Of a stretch of 64,000 bases of DNA, positions 36,239 to 44,594 are shown piece by piece. The DNA is taken from sequence record OL656110.1, one strand, 5' to 3'. The notes under the pieces are model-generated. The model did not search any database, was not told where the DNA came from, and saw only the letters and a list, made by a program, of their open reading frames with translations. Each line of letters opens with the position of its first letter. Positions within the stretch are counted from its first letter, which is position 1. The DNA comes from Escherichia phage vB_EcoM-RPN242. The position numbers and the translations under genes were made by a program.

Positions 36239-36246
36239 TATAAATA
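36239..36246 (+). promoter_or_regulatory. T4-type late promoter box TATAAATA
   Basis: Exact TATAAATA 36 nt upstream of the plus-strand ATG at 36282. Confidence 0.5.
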
Positions 36247-36281
36247 TCCCAAACTGGTTTTATAGAAAGAGGAATGAAACT

Positions 36282-37049
36282 ATGGCACCCCGCGCATATC
36301 GTTTCAGTCTCACCGCCCCGCAGATTGAGCAATTGCTCCTCTCTATCTATGATGCTATCAAGTCAGAAGATATCATCTATGATTATGCTGCAGGTGGGAC
36401 TGCTGGACAAGTCGCAGCAGCTTCTGCTGTCAAGAACATGTGGTTGAAGCTCAACGAGATGGTGACAGGCCAAGGTCTCAAAGATGCCATCAACGATGCA
36501 GAAGACAGCAACGTGTTCACCGACTATTATAAGTCTTTACTGGATCGCGAAGGTTGGAAATTTATTGGATCTCCAGCAGATGAACTTCAGCGAGGCGACA
36601 TCGATACCTCGAACTTCAAAGGTGGTGAGGTCATTCTACTTCAGAAGAACGCTTCGGGCAACCCAGAATTCCAATACTGGAAGCGAACCCCTGTTGCTGG
36701 GGGTGATCCTACCTTTGCATGGGCTTCGGTCTATGAAGGGAACTCCAATGATTCCAGCATAGAGATTCCCGTGGTTGGCACCAGCGTACTCAAGGACATC
36801 CCCAAGGCACTCTTCCATATGATCGAGTTCAGAGTGCATGTCTACGATGAGACACTGGGTCATTGGCAAGACACCGACGGGAAGGTAGGGTATCGTGGCG
36901 AGGATCTGATCTACAGTGTATACAACCATATTCAGACCAAACCTCTCGCCACCATTGACTTCAGCCAAGATACGGACAATATGACGGTTTCTGTAACGTC
37001 GTTGGAACCGAATGTCAAGTGCCATCTGTCCTTCGTTGCGGGTTACTAA
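36282..37049 (+). CDS. hypothetical late protein (255 aa), possibly structural
   Basis: ATG at 36282 with AGAGGAATGAAAC leader; lone plus-strand gene inside a minus-strand block; late promoter upstream. Confidence 0.6.
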   Translation: MAPRAYRFSLTAPQIEQLLLSIYDAIKSEDIIYDYAAGGTAGQVAAASAVKNMWLKLNEMVTGQGLKDAINDAEDSNVFTDYYKSLLDREGWKFIGSPADELQRGDIDTSNFKGGEVILLQKNASGNPEFQYWKRTPVAGGDPTFAWASVYEGNSNDSSIEIPVVGTSVLKDIPKALFHMIEFRVHVYDETLGHWQDTDGKVGYRGEDLIYSVYNHIQTKPLATIDFSQDTDNMTVSVTSLEPNVKCHLSFVAGY

Positions 37050-38764
37050 ACCTCAAACACGGCATCAGTGAACCAAGCGGGGAAGAACTCTGGGTTGCGC
37101 ATCATCAGTGATTCAAAAGAAGAATCAAGGATGTACGTCGCAGCCCAGTCATTCACACCCCTGACCGAACGCCCACACATCTGAACGATACGCAGTACCG
37201 CCATCCTGAAGTACGCCGATGGGTCCACGCTGTTGACGTGGGCCACCAGAGGATCACCAAGGTAATCATATGGCACCTTGATCAAGATCTGAAATCGACT
37301 ATAATCGCCTTTGAAGTCATACCCCTCTTCCATGGCCGGACTGGCGATGACACAAGGCGTCTTCGTCCTGAACGCGTGTTCCATGATGTCCATCAGAGCC
37401 TTACGAGTACGAGGAACGTGAATCATATTCCGGTACTTACTGAACTTTTGTAGAGCCAGGGCGCGGTCATAACTGACTGTGTGAATGATGCCAGACTGCC
37501 CAGGGTGGAACGCGATAATTTCATCCACGTATTCAGCCAGCTTCTTCATCTCGTAGTCGCCCATGTTCGCTGTCATCTTCATGATGGGCATGTAGTTGAC
37601 TTTCCGGTTCTCAATCGGGATAGGGTTGCCGATCTGTATCTTGTGGTACTCACCCTCGCGGATACCCAGTGACCGGGCGTACGAGTCAATCCCACAAATG
37701 GTAGCCGACATGTGGACGTGGTAGTCACCCTTGCGGAACAGACCGAACTGGGATACATCAGAGGCGATGACAGGCTTGAACTGAATCATACCCTTGTCCT
37801 TCTCCTGTACGATGAAAGTGCTGGCGTTGGTCTGCCCCATGATACCACAGTAGTCGCTGAGGTTGTGAAGATTATCAATAATATCAGACAGCTTCATCAC
37901 CTGGGCTTCAGTCAGGCGCTCGTCCTCTACCAGTTCCTCAAGAGTTTCCAATAGGGCTTCAACCTTGCCATACAGTTCATCAAATATCGCATGCATCTCA
38001 CCAGACAGGGAATACAGCTTGCCCAATTCGTAGTTCTCTGTGCGGATGATGATATCCTTGATGGTCTCCACGATAGGCACTCCCTCGGGGATCGTAAGCA
38101 ACCCTTCCACAGCCTTTATGTTGTATTCCATGATAGTATGCTCTAGGAGCGTAGAGGGCATCTTATGACACTCGTCAAGGATCAGCATATCGGCACGGTT
38201 TTCCGGCTTCATACAAATCGTCGTACACATCTCCACCATCATGGCGGCGTTGGTGCAGCGCAGGGAGGAGACGTCGGTCCACTGTCTACGCGCCTGAACA
38301 TATGGGCAACGATTCTTACTACAGTGGCCATCACGGCATGCCATACGGCACTGAATGGCGTTGTAGTATAGGTCGGGACTGATGTGGCAACGATAGTTCT
38401 TCTTGCCCTTCAGGATGTCTATCGCCACGGCTTTCTCTGCTGCATACTGATCCTGTAAACCTTTGGTCGGCGTCGTGATAGACGTGCGGAACTGACCATA
38501 CGGGTTGTGCTCAAGAACCAAATGGCGAAGCACGTTATGGATGGTAGTGCCGATGAGGGATTTACCTACACCAGTCGGAGCCTCGATGATCACGTGTTTG
38601 AATTTCTTATTCACAAGGGCATCGATGGCTTCAACGATGCATTCCATCTGGCCGGGGTTGGCGGTGTCATACGGGAAGAACTCAGTGGCAAGAGACTTGA
38701 TGCGGTCTATGCTGACTGGTCCGACGCCGTTAAGCGCCTTGGTATATTGGTTGAATGCTGTCAC
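37046..38764 (-). CDS. DinG/XPD-like superfamily-2 DNA helicase with Fe-S cluster cysteines
   Basis: 572 aa; GTG start preceded by AGGAGGA; Walker A APTGVGKS, DECH box LILDECH, four-Cys cluster YRCH...CRMACRDGHCSKNRC. Confidence 0.7.
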   Translation of the reverse strand: MTAFNQYTKALNGVGPVSIDRIKSLATEFFPYDTANPGQMECIVEAIDALVNKKFKHVIIEAPTGVGKSLIGTTIHNVLRHLVLEHNPYGQFRTSITTPTKGLQDQYAAEKAVAIDILKGKKNYRCHISPDLYYNAIQCRMACRDGHCSKNRCPYVQARRQWTDVSSLRCTNAAMMVEMCTTICMKPENRADMLILDECHKMPSTLLEHTIMEYNIKAVEGLLTIPEGVPIVETIKDIIIRTENYELGKLYSLSGEMHAIFDELYGKVEALLETLEELVEDERLTEAQVMKLSDIIDNLHNLSDYCGIMGQTNASTFIVQEKDKGMIQFKPVIASDVSQFGLFRKGDYHVHMSATICGIDSYARSLGIREGEYHKIQIGNPIPIENRKVNYMPIMKMTANMGDYEMKKLAEYVDEIIAFHPGQSGIIHTVSYDRALALQKFSKYRNMIHVPRTRKALMDIMEHAFRTKTPCVIASPAMEEGYDFKGDYSRFQILIKVPYDYLGDPLVAHVNSVDPSAYFRMAVLRIVQMCGRSVRGVNDWAATYILDSSFESLMMRNPEFFPAWFTDAVFEV

Positions 38765-38811
38765 TTTCTTCCTCCTATGGGATTCGCCTTTAGTTTAACC
38801 GATTCCCAGGA

Positions 38812-38850
38812 ACGAAAAAGCCGGAGCATTGTACTCCGGCTTTCTCTTTT
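38812..38850. terminator. bidirectional rho-independent terminator
   Basis: agccggag-cattgta-ctccggct hairpin (38819..38841) with T-run on plus strand and A-run on the other side. Confidence 0.65.
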
Positions 38851-38892
38851 GCCATACCCTGATTGCAGAGCCTGGCCGCGCGTCAGATAGAA

Positions 38893-39171
38893 TTACTTGC
38901 CGTTGGCAGCGTTCTTCAGACCTTCGCCCACTTTGAATTTCACAACGTTTTTCGCCGCGATCTGAATGGTCTGGCCGTTCAGAGGGTTGCGACCTTCACG
39001 CGCTTCTTGGTGTTTCACTTCGAACGCACCGAAGCCAACCAGCTGTACAGATGCGCCTGCAGCAACTGCAGTTTTAACACCGTCGATAAAGGATGCCACT
39101 ACTTTCTCCGCTTCGCCTTTGGTGATATTCTGGGTCGAAGCAATGTGGGCAACAAATTCAGTACGATTCAT
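38893..39171 (-). CDS. HU/IHF-family DNA-binding protein
   Basis: 92 aa; MNRTEFV ... FGAFEVKHQEAREGRNPLNGQTIQIAAKNVVKFKVGEGLKNA, the HU beta-arm signature. Confidence 0.8.
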   Translation of the reverse strand: MNRTEFVAHIASTQNITKGEAEKVVASFIDGVKTAVAAGASVQLVGFGAFEVKHQEAREGRNPLNGQTIQIAAKNVVKFKVGEGLKNAANGK

Positions 39172-39264
39172 CTGGATTTCTCCGTTGGGTTAATGTTTAC
39201 TTTCATGTTCACTACAAGAGGACTACATCTTACCTAACAAAACATATTGAATAAAGCGAAATTA

Positions 39265-39513
39265 TTAGCCTTTCGCCACGTCTTCAGTCGTCATCGTGCC
39301 ATAACATCCACAGCGTTCACAAATCACTCTGACGCAAGGCTTAAAAGTCTGAATATTAGTCACAGGAACGTTCACCGCCTTTGAAGAAACTTGCATTTCG
39401 CGGACTTCAACCCGTTGTTCGGCCAGGCGCTCATCGTCCAAGAAGGTGATCGTCTTGTGAGAACAACGCATTGACGATTCACCAACCCAGATTATTGCCA
39501 TGTTGGGACTCAT
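39265..39513 (-). CDS. hypothetical protein (82 aa) with CxxC pair
   Basis: Complete ORF with ATG start; ICERCGCYG. Confidence 0.45.
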   Translation of the reverse strand: MSPNMAIIWVGESSMRCSHKTITFLDDERLAEQRVEVREMQVSSKAVNVPVTNIQTFKPCVRVICERCGCYGTMTTEDVAKG

Positions 39514-39788
39514 GATTTGACCTCCGATTTGGAGATTAACGATTCCATCTCCTGACGACCAATGACAGTCTCAACTTTGTCTTCTTCAACCATCATTTCA
39601 TTCAGAAGATCGTACCCCAGGACTTGTACACCAAAAGACTTTTTGTTCAGTTCTGCCTCAATATTGAGAACTCGCTGAACCGTCAGGCCACCGGAAGAGA
39701 ACGGTACTGGATAGAAGGCGGAACGCACTTGGACACACCCATTTACGCTGTAACGAACCAGCAAGACATCACACCATACGCCAGCCAT
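39510..39788 (-). CDS. hypothetical protein (92 aa)
   Basis: Complete ORF with ATG start. Confidence 0.45.
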   Translation of the reverse strand: MAGVWCDVLLVRYSVNGCVQVRSAFYPVPFSSGGLTVQRVLNIEAELNKKSFGVQVLGYDLLNEMMVEEDKVETVIGRQEMESLISKSEVKS

Positions 39789-39789
39789 G

Positions 39790-40452
39790 TCACACCTCCA
39801 CCGCGTGAGACTTCAGGAGTTCATCAATCTCTTTCTGCCCCATGTATGAGAACGGGGTGCGCTGGTAGAACGCCCAGAGTACTAACTGGACAACAGCACG
39901 GGAACGGGTTTCGGCCGTCATCACCAGGCCACTGAAATGAGGAGACTCAGCTGTCCATTGTATCTCTTCGCCCAGGTCTTGATTACAGGTCACCGAGATG
40001 CGGAACTTGTTGCACAGATTGTCGACTTCTTTGTACGCATCGGTAGACACACGAAGTTGTTCCGAATGTGCCCACGGAGTTGTGACGATTCTTTCACCCA
40101 TCACTTTATCAGAGATAAACCAATCAATACATTCGGTAAACTCACTAAAATGGTCTATACGATAAATGCAGTCTCCCCCTTCCATAGAACGCATGGCATG
40201 ATAGCGAGAGTCGATTTCGTTGTTGTGCATCGCGTTGAAGTCGATGAACACGCGACGCGCCAGCACAACGTCTTCTGGTTGAAGTGCCAGGAAATCGTTC
40301 AGGCGGCTATAATGGAGGATATTGGAACCGTCGTGGCCACGTGTGCAATATGCGTAATAGCTACCGATACGGGCGTGGGCAATATAAGACAACGGGGCGA
40401 AGAATAATCCGTCAGGATCAGGACCGACGATAATAGAATAAAGTTTTTCCAT
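39790..40452 (-). CDS. hypothetical protein (220 aa)
   Basis: First ATG at 40452 (MEKLYSI...) with ...ACTATATC leader; track start is TTG. Confidence 0.5.
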   Translation of the reverse strand: MEKLYSIIVGPDPDGLFFAPLSYIAHARIGSYYAYCTRGHDGSNILHYSRLNDFLALQPEDVVLARRVFIDFNAMHNNEIDSRYHAMRSMEGGDCIYRIDHFSEFTECIDWFISDKVMGERIVTTPWAHSEQLRVSTDAYKEVDNLCNKFRISVTCNQDLGEEIQWTAESPHFSGLVMTAETRSRAVVQLVLWAFYQRTPFSYMGQKEIDELLKSHAVEV

Positions 40453-40508
40453 GATATAGTCACTCAAATGAAAGGGCAGCTTTATGATAAGCCGCCCGAG
40501 GTTATTGA

Positions 40509-41375
40509 TTATTGGAAATCGCCAACATACATATTCAGCTTGTCGTCCCAGTTCAGAACGACACGGATCGTTCCAGTATCTTCTGGGAAGGTCAGTTTGT
40601 CACACATGGCGCGATTAACATAAGTCCCGCTCTGGTTGACGTTGTAGTCCTTGCCTTGCATGATACCAAAACGCTTGAAGTCGCGAGTGACCATCATGTT
40701 CAGAGTTGTCCAAGGGATTGCATCGCGCAGGGCTTTGCACAGGACGATCTTGCCATCCGACCTGAACGACACAAACAGCTCGTTGGCGACACGACGGCGA
40801 GTAGGCGGTTCAAGTTCACGCAGGGAAATGAATTGTGAATTCTTTACCTTTTCTGCCAGCGCCTGTACTTCTGCTGGATCCGGCTTGAACGGCTCCACTG
40901 AAGAGTCAGACTTCATCACAACGTCACCCTTGCGCTTCTCGACCAATTGCTCCACAGCCTTTTGACTCACGGGCGGGAGGTATTTGGACTTAGGAACAAC
41001 CGCTGGCTTGATGACAGGGCTTGCATCTGGTTTCGCCTTTGGGGTACTCCGAGCCGCACGCAGCTTTTCCTGGGCTTCCAGAATGCGCTCTTGACGAGAA
41101 AGCGGAGCCTTTGGGGTGATCTTCGTACTGAAGTCAGAAACGCCGACCCAGTCACCCTGGTCATTACGCTTGGCCACCAGAGTCAGTTTGTGGATGATAC
41201 CCTGAAGTTTGCTCTCACGTAAGTTGTCGGCATACCAGAACTTCGCGCCCATCTCGAACTTCTCGGCGAAGATCACGCGAGCGTCTTCGTGTACCAACAT
41301 AACTTTGGCTGCGTTGGGGGCAAAAGCCTTATTCTTTTCGATAATCGCCGCAGCGATTGTTTTGGTCAGGAGCAT
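40509..41375 (-). CDS. hypothetical protein with Lys/Pro-rich linker
   Basis: 288 aa from ATG 41375 (track start GTG at 41378); central KAKPDASPVIKPAVVPKSKYLPP. Confidence 0.55.
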   Translation of the reverse strand: MLLTKTIAAAIIEKNKAFAPNAAKVMLVHEDARVIFAEKFEMGAKFWYADNLRESKLQGIIHKLTLVAKRNDQGDWVGVSDFSTKITPKAPLSRQERILEAQEKLRAARSTPKAKPDASPVIKPAVVPKSKYLPPVSQKAVEQLVEKRKGDVVMKSDSSVEPFKPDPAEVQALAEKVKNSQFISLRELEPPTRRRVANELFVSFRSDGKIVLCKALRDAIPWTTLNMMVTRDFKRFGIMQGKDYNVNQSGTYVNRAMCDKLTFPEDTGTIRVVLNWDDKLNMYVGDFQ

Positions 41376-41414
41376 CACAGTGTATTCCTTCAGTTCACAA
41401 TGTAGGGCTAAATT

Positions 41415-41741
41415 TTAACCCGAAACTTTATTTTGAAATCCGACAAAGTCCTGGGCAATCCCCCGGCAATACATCAGGTCTTTCTTCGTTTGTGGACTGT
41501 TGTCAGCCGCAGTCAGCATCATGGGAAGGTCCAGCGCATTCTCTATCTGATCAACACTGAACAGATCAAGGCGCTTCAGCTCTCCCTCGAAGTCAGACAG
41601 TAGGATAGATGTGTCTTTGTCATCTGGGTGGAACTGCTGATACGTCTCCATCCATGCCACACATGTGTTCAGTTTGGACGGCGGCGCAGCGTTTACACAC
41701 CCGGCTATCAGTACCATCAAGAGCAGGATTTTACATTTCAT
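41415..41741 (-). CDS. putative lipoprotein
   Basis: N-terminal MKCKILLLMVLIAGC with lipobox L-I-A-G-C. Confidence 0.55.
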   Translation of the reverse strand: MKCKILLLMVLIAGCVNAAPPSKLNTCVAWMETYQQFHPDDKDTSILLSDFEGELKRLDLFSVDQIENALDLPMMLTAADNSPQTKKDLMYCRGIAQDFVGFQNKVSG

Positions 41742-42427
41742 CACTCGTTCTCCTTCATCATATTGTCGCAGTCAACACGAGTCTGCTGAAGTTCGCGCGA
41801 CATGCGAGGATCATCAAGGTTCACGCTCAGATTCGTGGCCAGGTCTTTCAGACCGTTCTGAACCCTGTCTTCAAAGTAATAATCGTTCTCAACCAGCCAG
41901 GCTCTGAGACCAAGAGCGCGGGTGCGCCATTCCTTCTTCAGGACGCGATCAGAGGTCTGCGTAGCGCTGTATTCGAATACTTTGATGCACTGGTTGCCAT
42001 CGTTGATAAGGTTCAGGTGGCGGCGACCAACCTGCACACCCTTCTGTAATGCCGGAGAAGGGAGCGAACGGCACTGTCTTACGGTCATTCGGCCTTGGGT
42101 GCCCATTCGGCCAGTCATGATCAAATCGCCAGCCTCCATGCCTCCACGGTTAAATTCGTCGTCATTGAGGTAGCCTTTGAGGTTATAGGCTCCCTGTTTG
42201 TAACGGTTGAACTCAATTCCGGCATTGACGACAGCAGTGGAGACGTTGCCTGTGTTCCAGAGTTCAGCGAAGTTCTCTATGGAACCAGACTTGTCGATGG
42301 CAACCGCCTGGGAGAACCCAGCACAATAGGAAAGGTCGGACCACAGTTTATCACCTGTGGAGTTCAGCTTGGCAGCGGCGGGTAATGCCAGACCAGCCAG
42401 CACAACCCCGAGGATTAAACGTTTCAT
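41741..42427 (-). CDS. secreted/periplasmic hypothetical protein
   Basis: Start at ATG 42427 (MKRLILGVVLAGLALPAAA...), a signal-peptide-like N-terminus. Confidence 0.5.
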   Translation of the reverse strand: MKRLILGVVLAGLALPAAAKLNSTGDKLWSDLSYCAGFSQAVAIDKSGSIENFAELWNTGNVSTAVVNAGIEFNRYKQGAYNLKGYLNDDEFNRGGMEAGDLIMTGRMGTQGRMTVRQCRSLPSPALQKGVQVGRRHLNLINDGNQCIKVFEYSATQTSDRVLKKEWRTRALGLRAWLVENDYYFEDRVQNGLKDLATNLSVNLDDPRMSRELQQTRVDCDNMMKENE

Positions 42428-42506
42428 GGCGATTCTCCTTATTTCATTGGATGAAATGATAGGCGGCTCACCATGATGAGTAAAGGGTTTCAATAAACTA
42501 TCGTAT

Positions 42507-42956
42507 TCAGAAACGGGTATCGCTGACCGTTCTGTATCGCACACCCTGAAACTGTTTAGCGAGTTTAACAAATTCCATCGCTGGCAAATCAACTTTGTAG
42601 ACCTTCATGCGCTGTTTGCCATCCATGTTCAACGCAGCGACAAATCGGTGAGAACCGTCAATAACGTAATTGTCAGAAGACACCCAAACTCGACCCATAG
42701 GTTTCTTATTTCTGATCTGCTTCATAATCTTCCAGACCTTCATTTTATTGATTTCGTTCTGGGTGAGACGAAGCATTTTGATGGGCACTTGCACAGCATC
42801 TATGGACACGCCGTTGTCTTCAAGATATTTGTGAAAATCTTCTTGTTTGTCGGCATCGATTTGTGGCATAGAAGAACGAGAAAGCCCGAGGTTCCCAACA
42901 GGAATCCTCAGGCCGTTAATGATGTTCAACCAGTCAATAAAGGATGTAAGGAACAT
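42507..42956 (-). CDS. ParB/sulfiredoxin-fold nuclease-like domain protein
   Basis: 149 aa; LRLTQNE ... YVIDGSHRFVAA resembles the ParB N-terminal domain signature. Tentative. Confidence 0.4.
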   Translation of the reverse strand: MFLTSFIDWLNIINGLRIPVGNLGLSRSSMPQIDADKQEDFHKYLEDNGVSIDAVQVPIKMLRLTQNEINKMKVWKIMKQIRNKKPMGRVWVSSDNYVIDGSHRFVAALNMDGKQRMKVYKVDLPAMEFVKLAKQFQGVRYRTVSDTRF

Positions 42957-42988
42957 GACACACCTCGGGATATAGGGTTATCCCTTAG

Positions 42989-43180
42989 TTAGCGCATCCA
43001 TCGATCCTTTCTCTCTTTCTCCTTGCGTTCGCGACGTTTCTGGTCGGATCGTAATAACCAATAGAAGAAGTTCCCACCCAAGATGAAAACCACCGCGATT
43101 ATTACTAGGACACCCTTCACAATTTCCCAAACCAATTCTTTATCCAAATTACACCTCGTCTTCTTCAGGTCCACCGTCAA
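42989..43180 (-). CDS. possible small membrane protein (63 aa)
   Basis: Single TM-like segment plus basic C-terminus; track start is TTG and no upstream ATG exists. Confidence 0.25.
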   Translation of the reverse strand: MTVDLKKTRCNLDKELVWEIVKGVLVIIAVVFILGGNFFYWLLRSDQKRRERKEKERKDRWMR

Positions 43181-43436
43181 TCAGGATACGAGCGGTGTCG
43201 AAAGTTTCCCCGCCCGTGTTCAGCAGCTTGGTCAGATCGTCAAGATATCGGACCGTACCAAGATCAGATGACCGCGATATAAACTCCAGCATGCCATACA
43301 ACGCTGTTTGGAATCGGCTGTTATCGATATCGTTCTTTATTACCATCAGGCGCAAGATGTTCTCTGACTGAGTATGGTCAACACACGCCTTGTCTCTGAT
43401 CATCTCCTTGATAGAACTTCTCTCTGATGGTGTCAT
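43149..43436 (-). CDS. hypothetical protein (95 aa)
   Basis: Complete ORF with ATG start. Confidence 0.45.
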   Translation of the reverse strand: MTPSERSSIKEMIRDKACVDHTQSENILRLMVIKNDIDNSRFQTALYGMLEFISRSSDLGTVRYLDDLTKLLNTGGETFDTARILIDGGPEEDEV

Positions 43437-43807
43437 AACGTACCCCCGACAGAGATCAAGAACTCTTCTTGCATGGTCTTGACCGGGTGGTGGTTGCGGG
43501 TTTCGAACATGAAGCCCCAGCCACCGTCGGCGACGTTGCCAAAGGTCTTGACGCCAAAGGACTTCGTCCCGTTAGAGCAGGAATAGATGTCCAGGACGTA
43601 TGGGCTACCCTGATTGTCGATCCCACGATTCACGTCGTCTGATACGCAGCGCTCAATCATCTTCCCGTTCTTATACAGAACGAGGTCTTGGCCATACGCC
43701 TTGAAAGCATAAACACCGTTGGTAGACACTCCGGTGATGACAGGAGGGGCGGAAACAGCAGCAAAGGAAGCGCCCAGCAGAGCAACAGCGAGGATTAACT
43801 TTTTCAT
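43433..43807 (-). CDS. secreted hypothetical protein
   Basis: Start at ATG 43807 (MKKLILAVALLGASFAAVSA...) with AGAGACTATATC leader. Confidence 0.55.
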   Translation of the reverse strand: MKKLILAVALLGASFAAVSAPPVITGVSTNGVYAFKAYGQDLVLYKNGKMIERCVSDDVNRGIDNQGSPYVLDIYSCSNGTKSFGVKTFGNVADGGWGFMFETRNHHPVKTMQEEFLISVGGTL

Positions 43808-43866
43808 GATATAGTCTCTTGGTTTCAAATGGGCGGGGTAATCATACCCCGCCCAAAGTTATAGAA

Positions 43867-44106
43867 TTAACTGATGTGCTTCAGAAGAGCGAAGAGGATC
43901 GCGGCCTTGGCCTTTACCTTTCCCACGATGCCTGTCTCGACATCAACTTCTTCAGCAACCCACTCTTTGCCTTTCTTGCTGATGATCACGTCACGGCGCT
44001 GTGCGTAGACTTCTTTGGTCGCATACACACGACGGAACCCTTTAGCGCGGAGCAATCCCCAATTACGATCAATTTCTACTGAGGTTTCTACCATTTTGTT
44101 CTTCAT
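43867..44106 (-). CDS. hypothetical protein (79 aa)
   Basis: Complete ORF with ATG start. Confidence 0.45.
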   Translation of the reverse strand: MKNKMVETSVEIDRNWGLLRAKGFRRVYATKEVYAQRRDVIISKKGKEWVAEEVDVETGIVGKVKAKAAILFALLKHIS

Positions 44107-44189
44107 GATATAATCTTACCTTTCAACCCGGTGAACCCATCGTTCGCCAGTTATTGAATAATAGGACATTCCTTAGAGGAAGTAAACCC

Positions 44190-44223
44190 CTAAAAGTAAA
44201 AATCCCCAACGTTTGTTGGGGAC
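44190..44223 (-). terminator. rho-independent terminator
   Basis: tccccaac-gttt-gttgggga hairpin (44203..44222) followed on minus strand by TTTTTACTTTTA. Confidence 0.7.
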
Positions 44224-44228
44224 TTCTG

Positions 44229-44552
44229 TTATTTGCGCAGGGCAACCACGAGTTCAGCGAGTTCACCAATGGTCGGGTCATCACCTTTACTACCCAGCCA
44301 ACCGTCGTCGATTTCGACCTGAAACTCTTCTTCTAGTTCCATTACGATTTCGATGGCATCCAGTTCGTCACCGCCGAGGTCTTTCTTGGTACGGAGACCA
44401 GCCAGCTTGTCCAGGGCGTCCTCGTTCTGAGATGCCACGTCGTCCAGCAATTTGCGCTTGTCATCGTCACGCCACAGATCCATATTCAGATTGTCAGTGG
44501 CGTACTGAGCCAGATGACGCATGACTTCAACATATGTTGGTTTACTGCTCAT
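44229..44552 (-). CDS. acyl-carrier-protein-fold protein lacking the phosphopantetheine serine (DSL -> DEL)
   Basis: 107 aa; KKDLGGDELDAIEIVMELEEEFQVEIDD parallels E. coli ACP [27 protein letters not shown]; DNA reads gac-gaa-ctg-gat, so Glu replaces the carrier Ser. Confidence 0.55.
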   Translation of the reverse strand: MSSKPTYVEVMRHLAQYATDNLNMDLWRDDDKRKLLDDVASQNEDALDKLAGLRTKKDLGGDELDAIEIVMELEEEFQVEIDDGWLGSKGDDPTIGELAELVVALRK

Positions 44553-44555
44553 GCT

Positions 44556-44590
44556 ACTTCTCCCAAAGAAAGGCGGGTTGCCCCGCCCGT
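44556..44590 (-). terminator. hairpin terminator/attenuator in leader of ACP-like gene
   Basis: ggcggg-ttgcc-cccgcc hairpin (44572..44588) followed on minus strand by CTTTCTTTGGG, about 20 nt upstream of the ATG at 44552. Confidence 0.5.
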
Positions 44591-44594
44591 TGGA

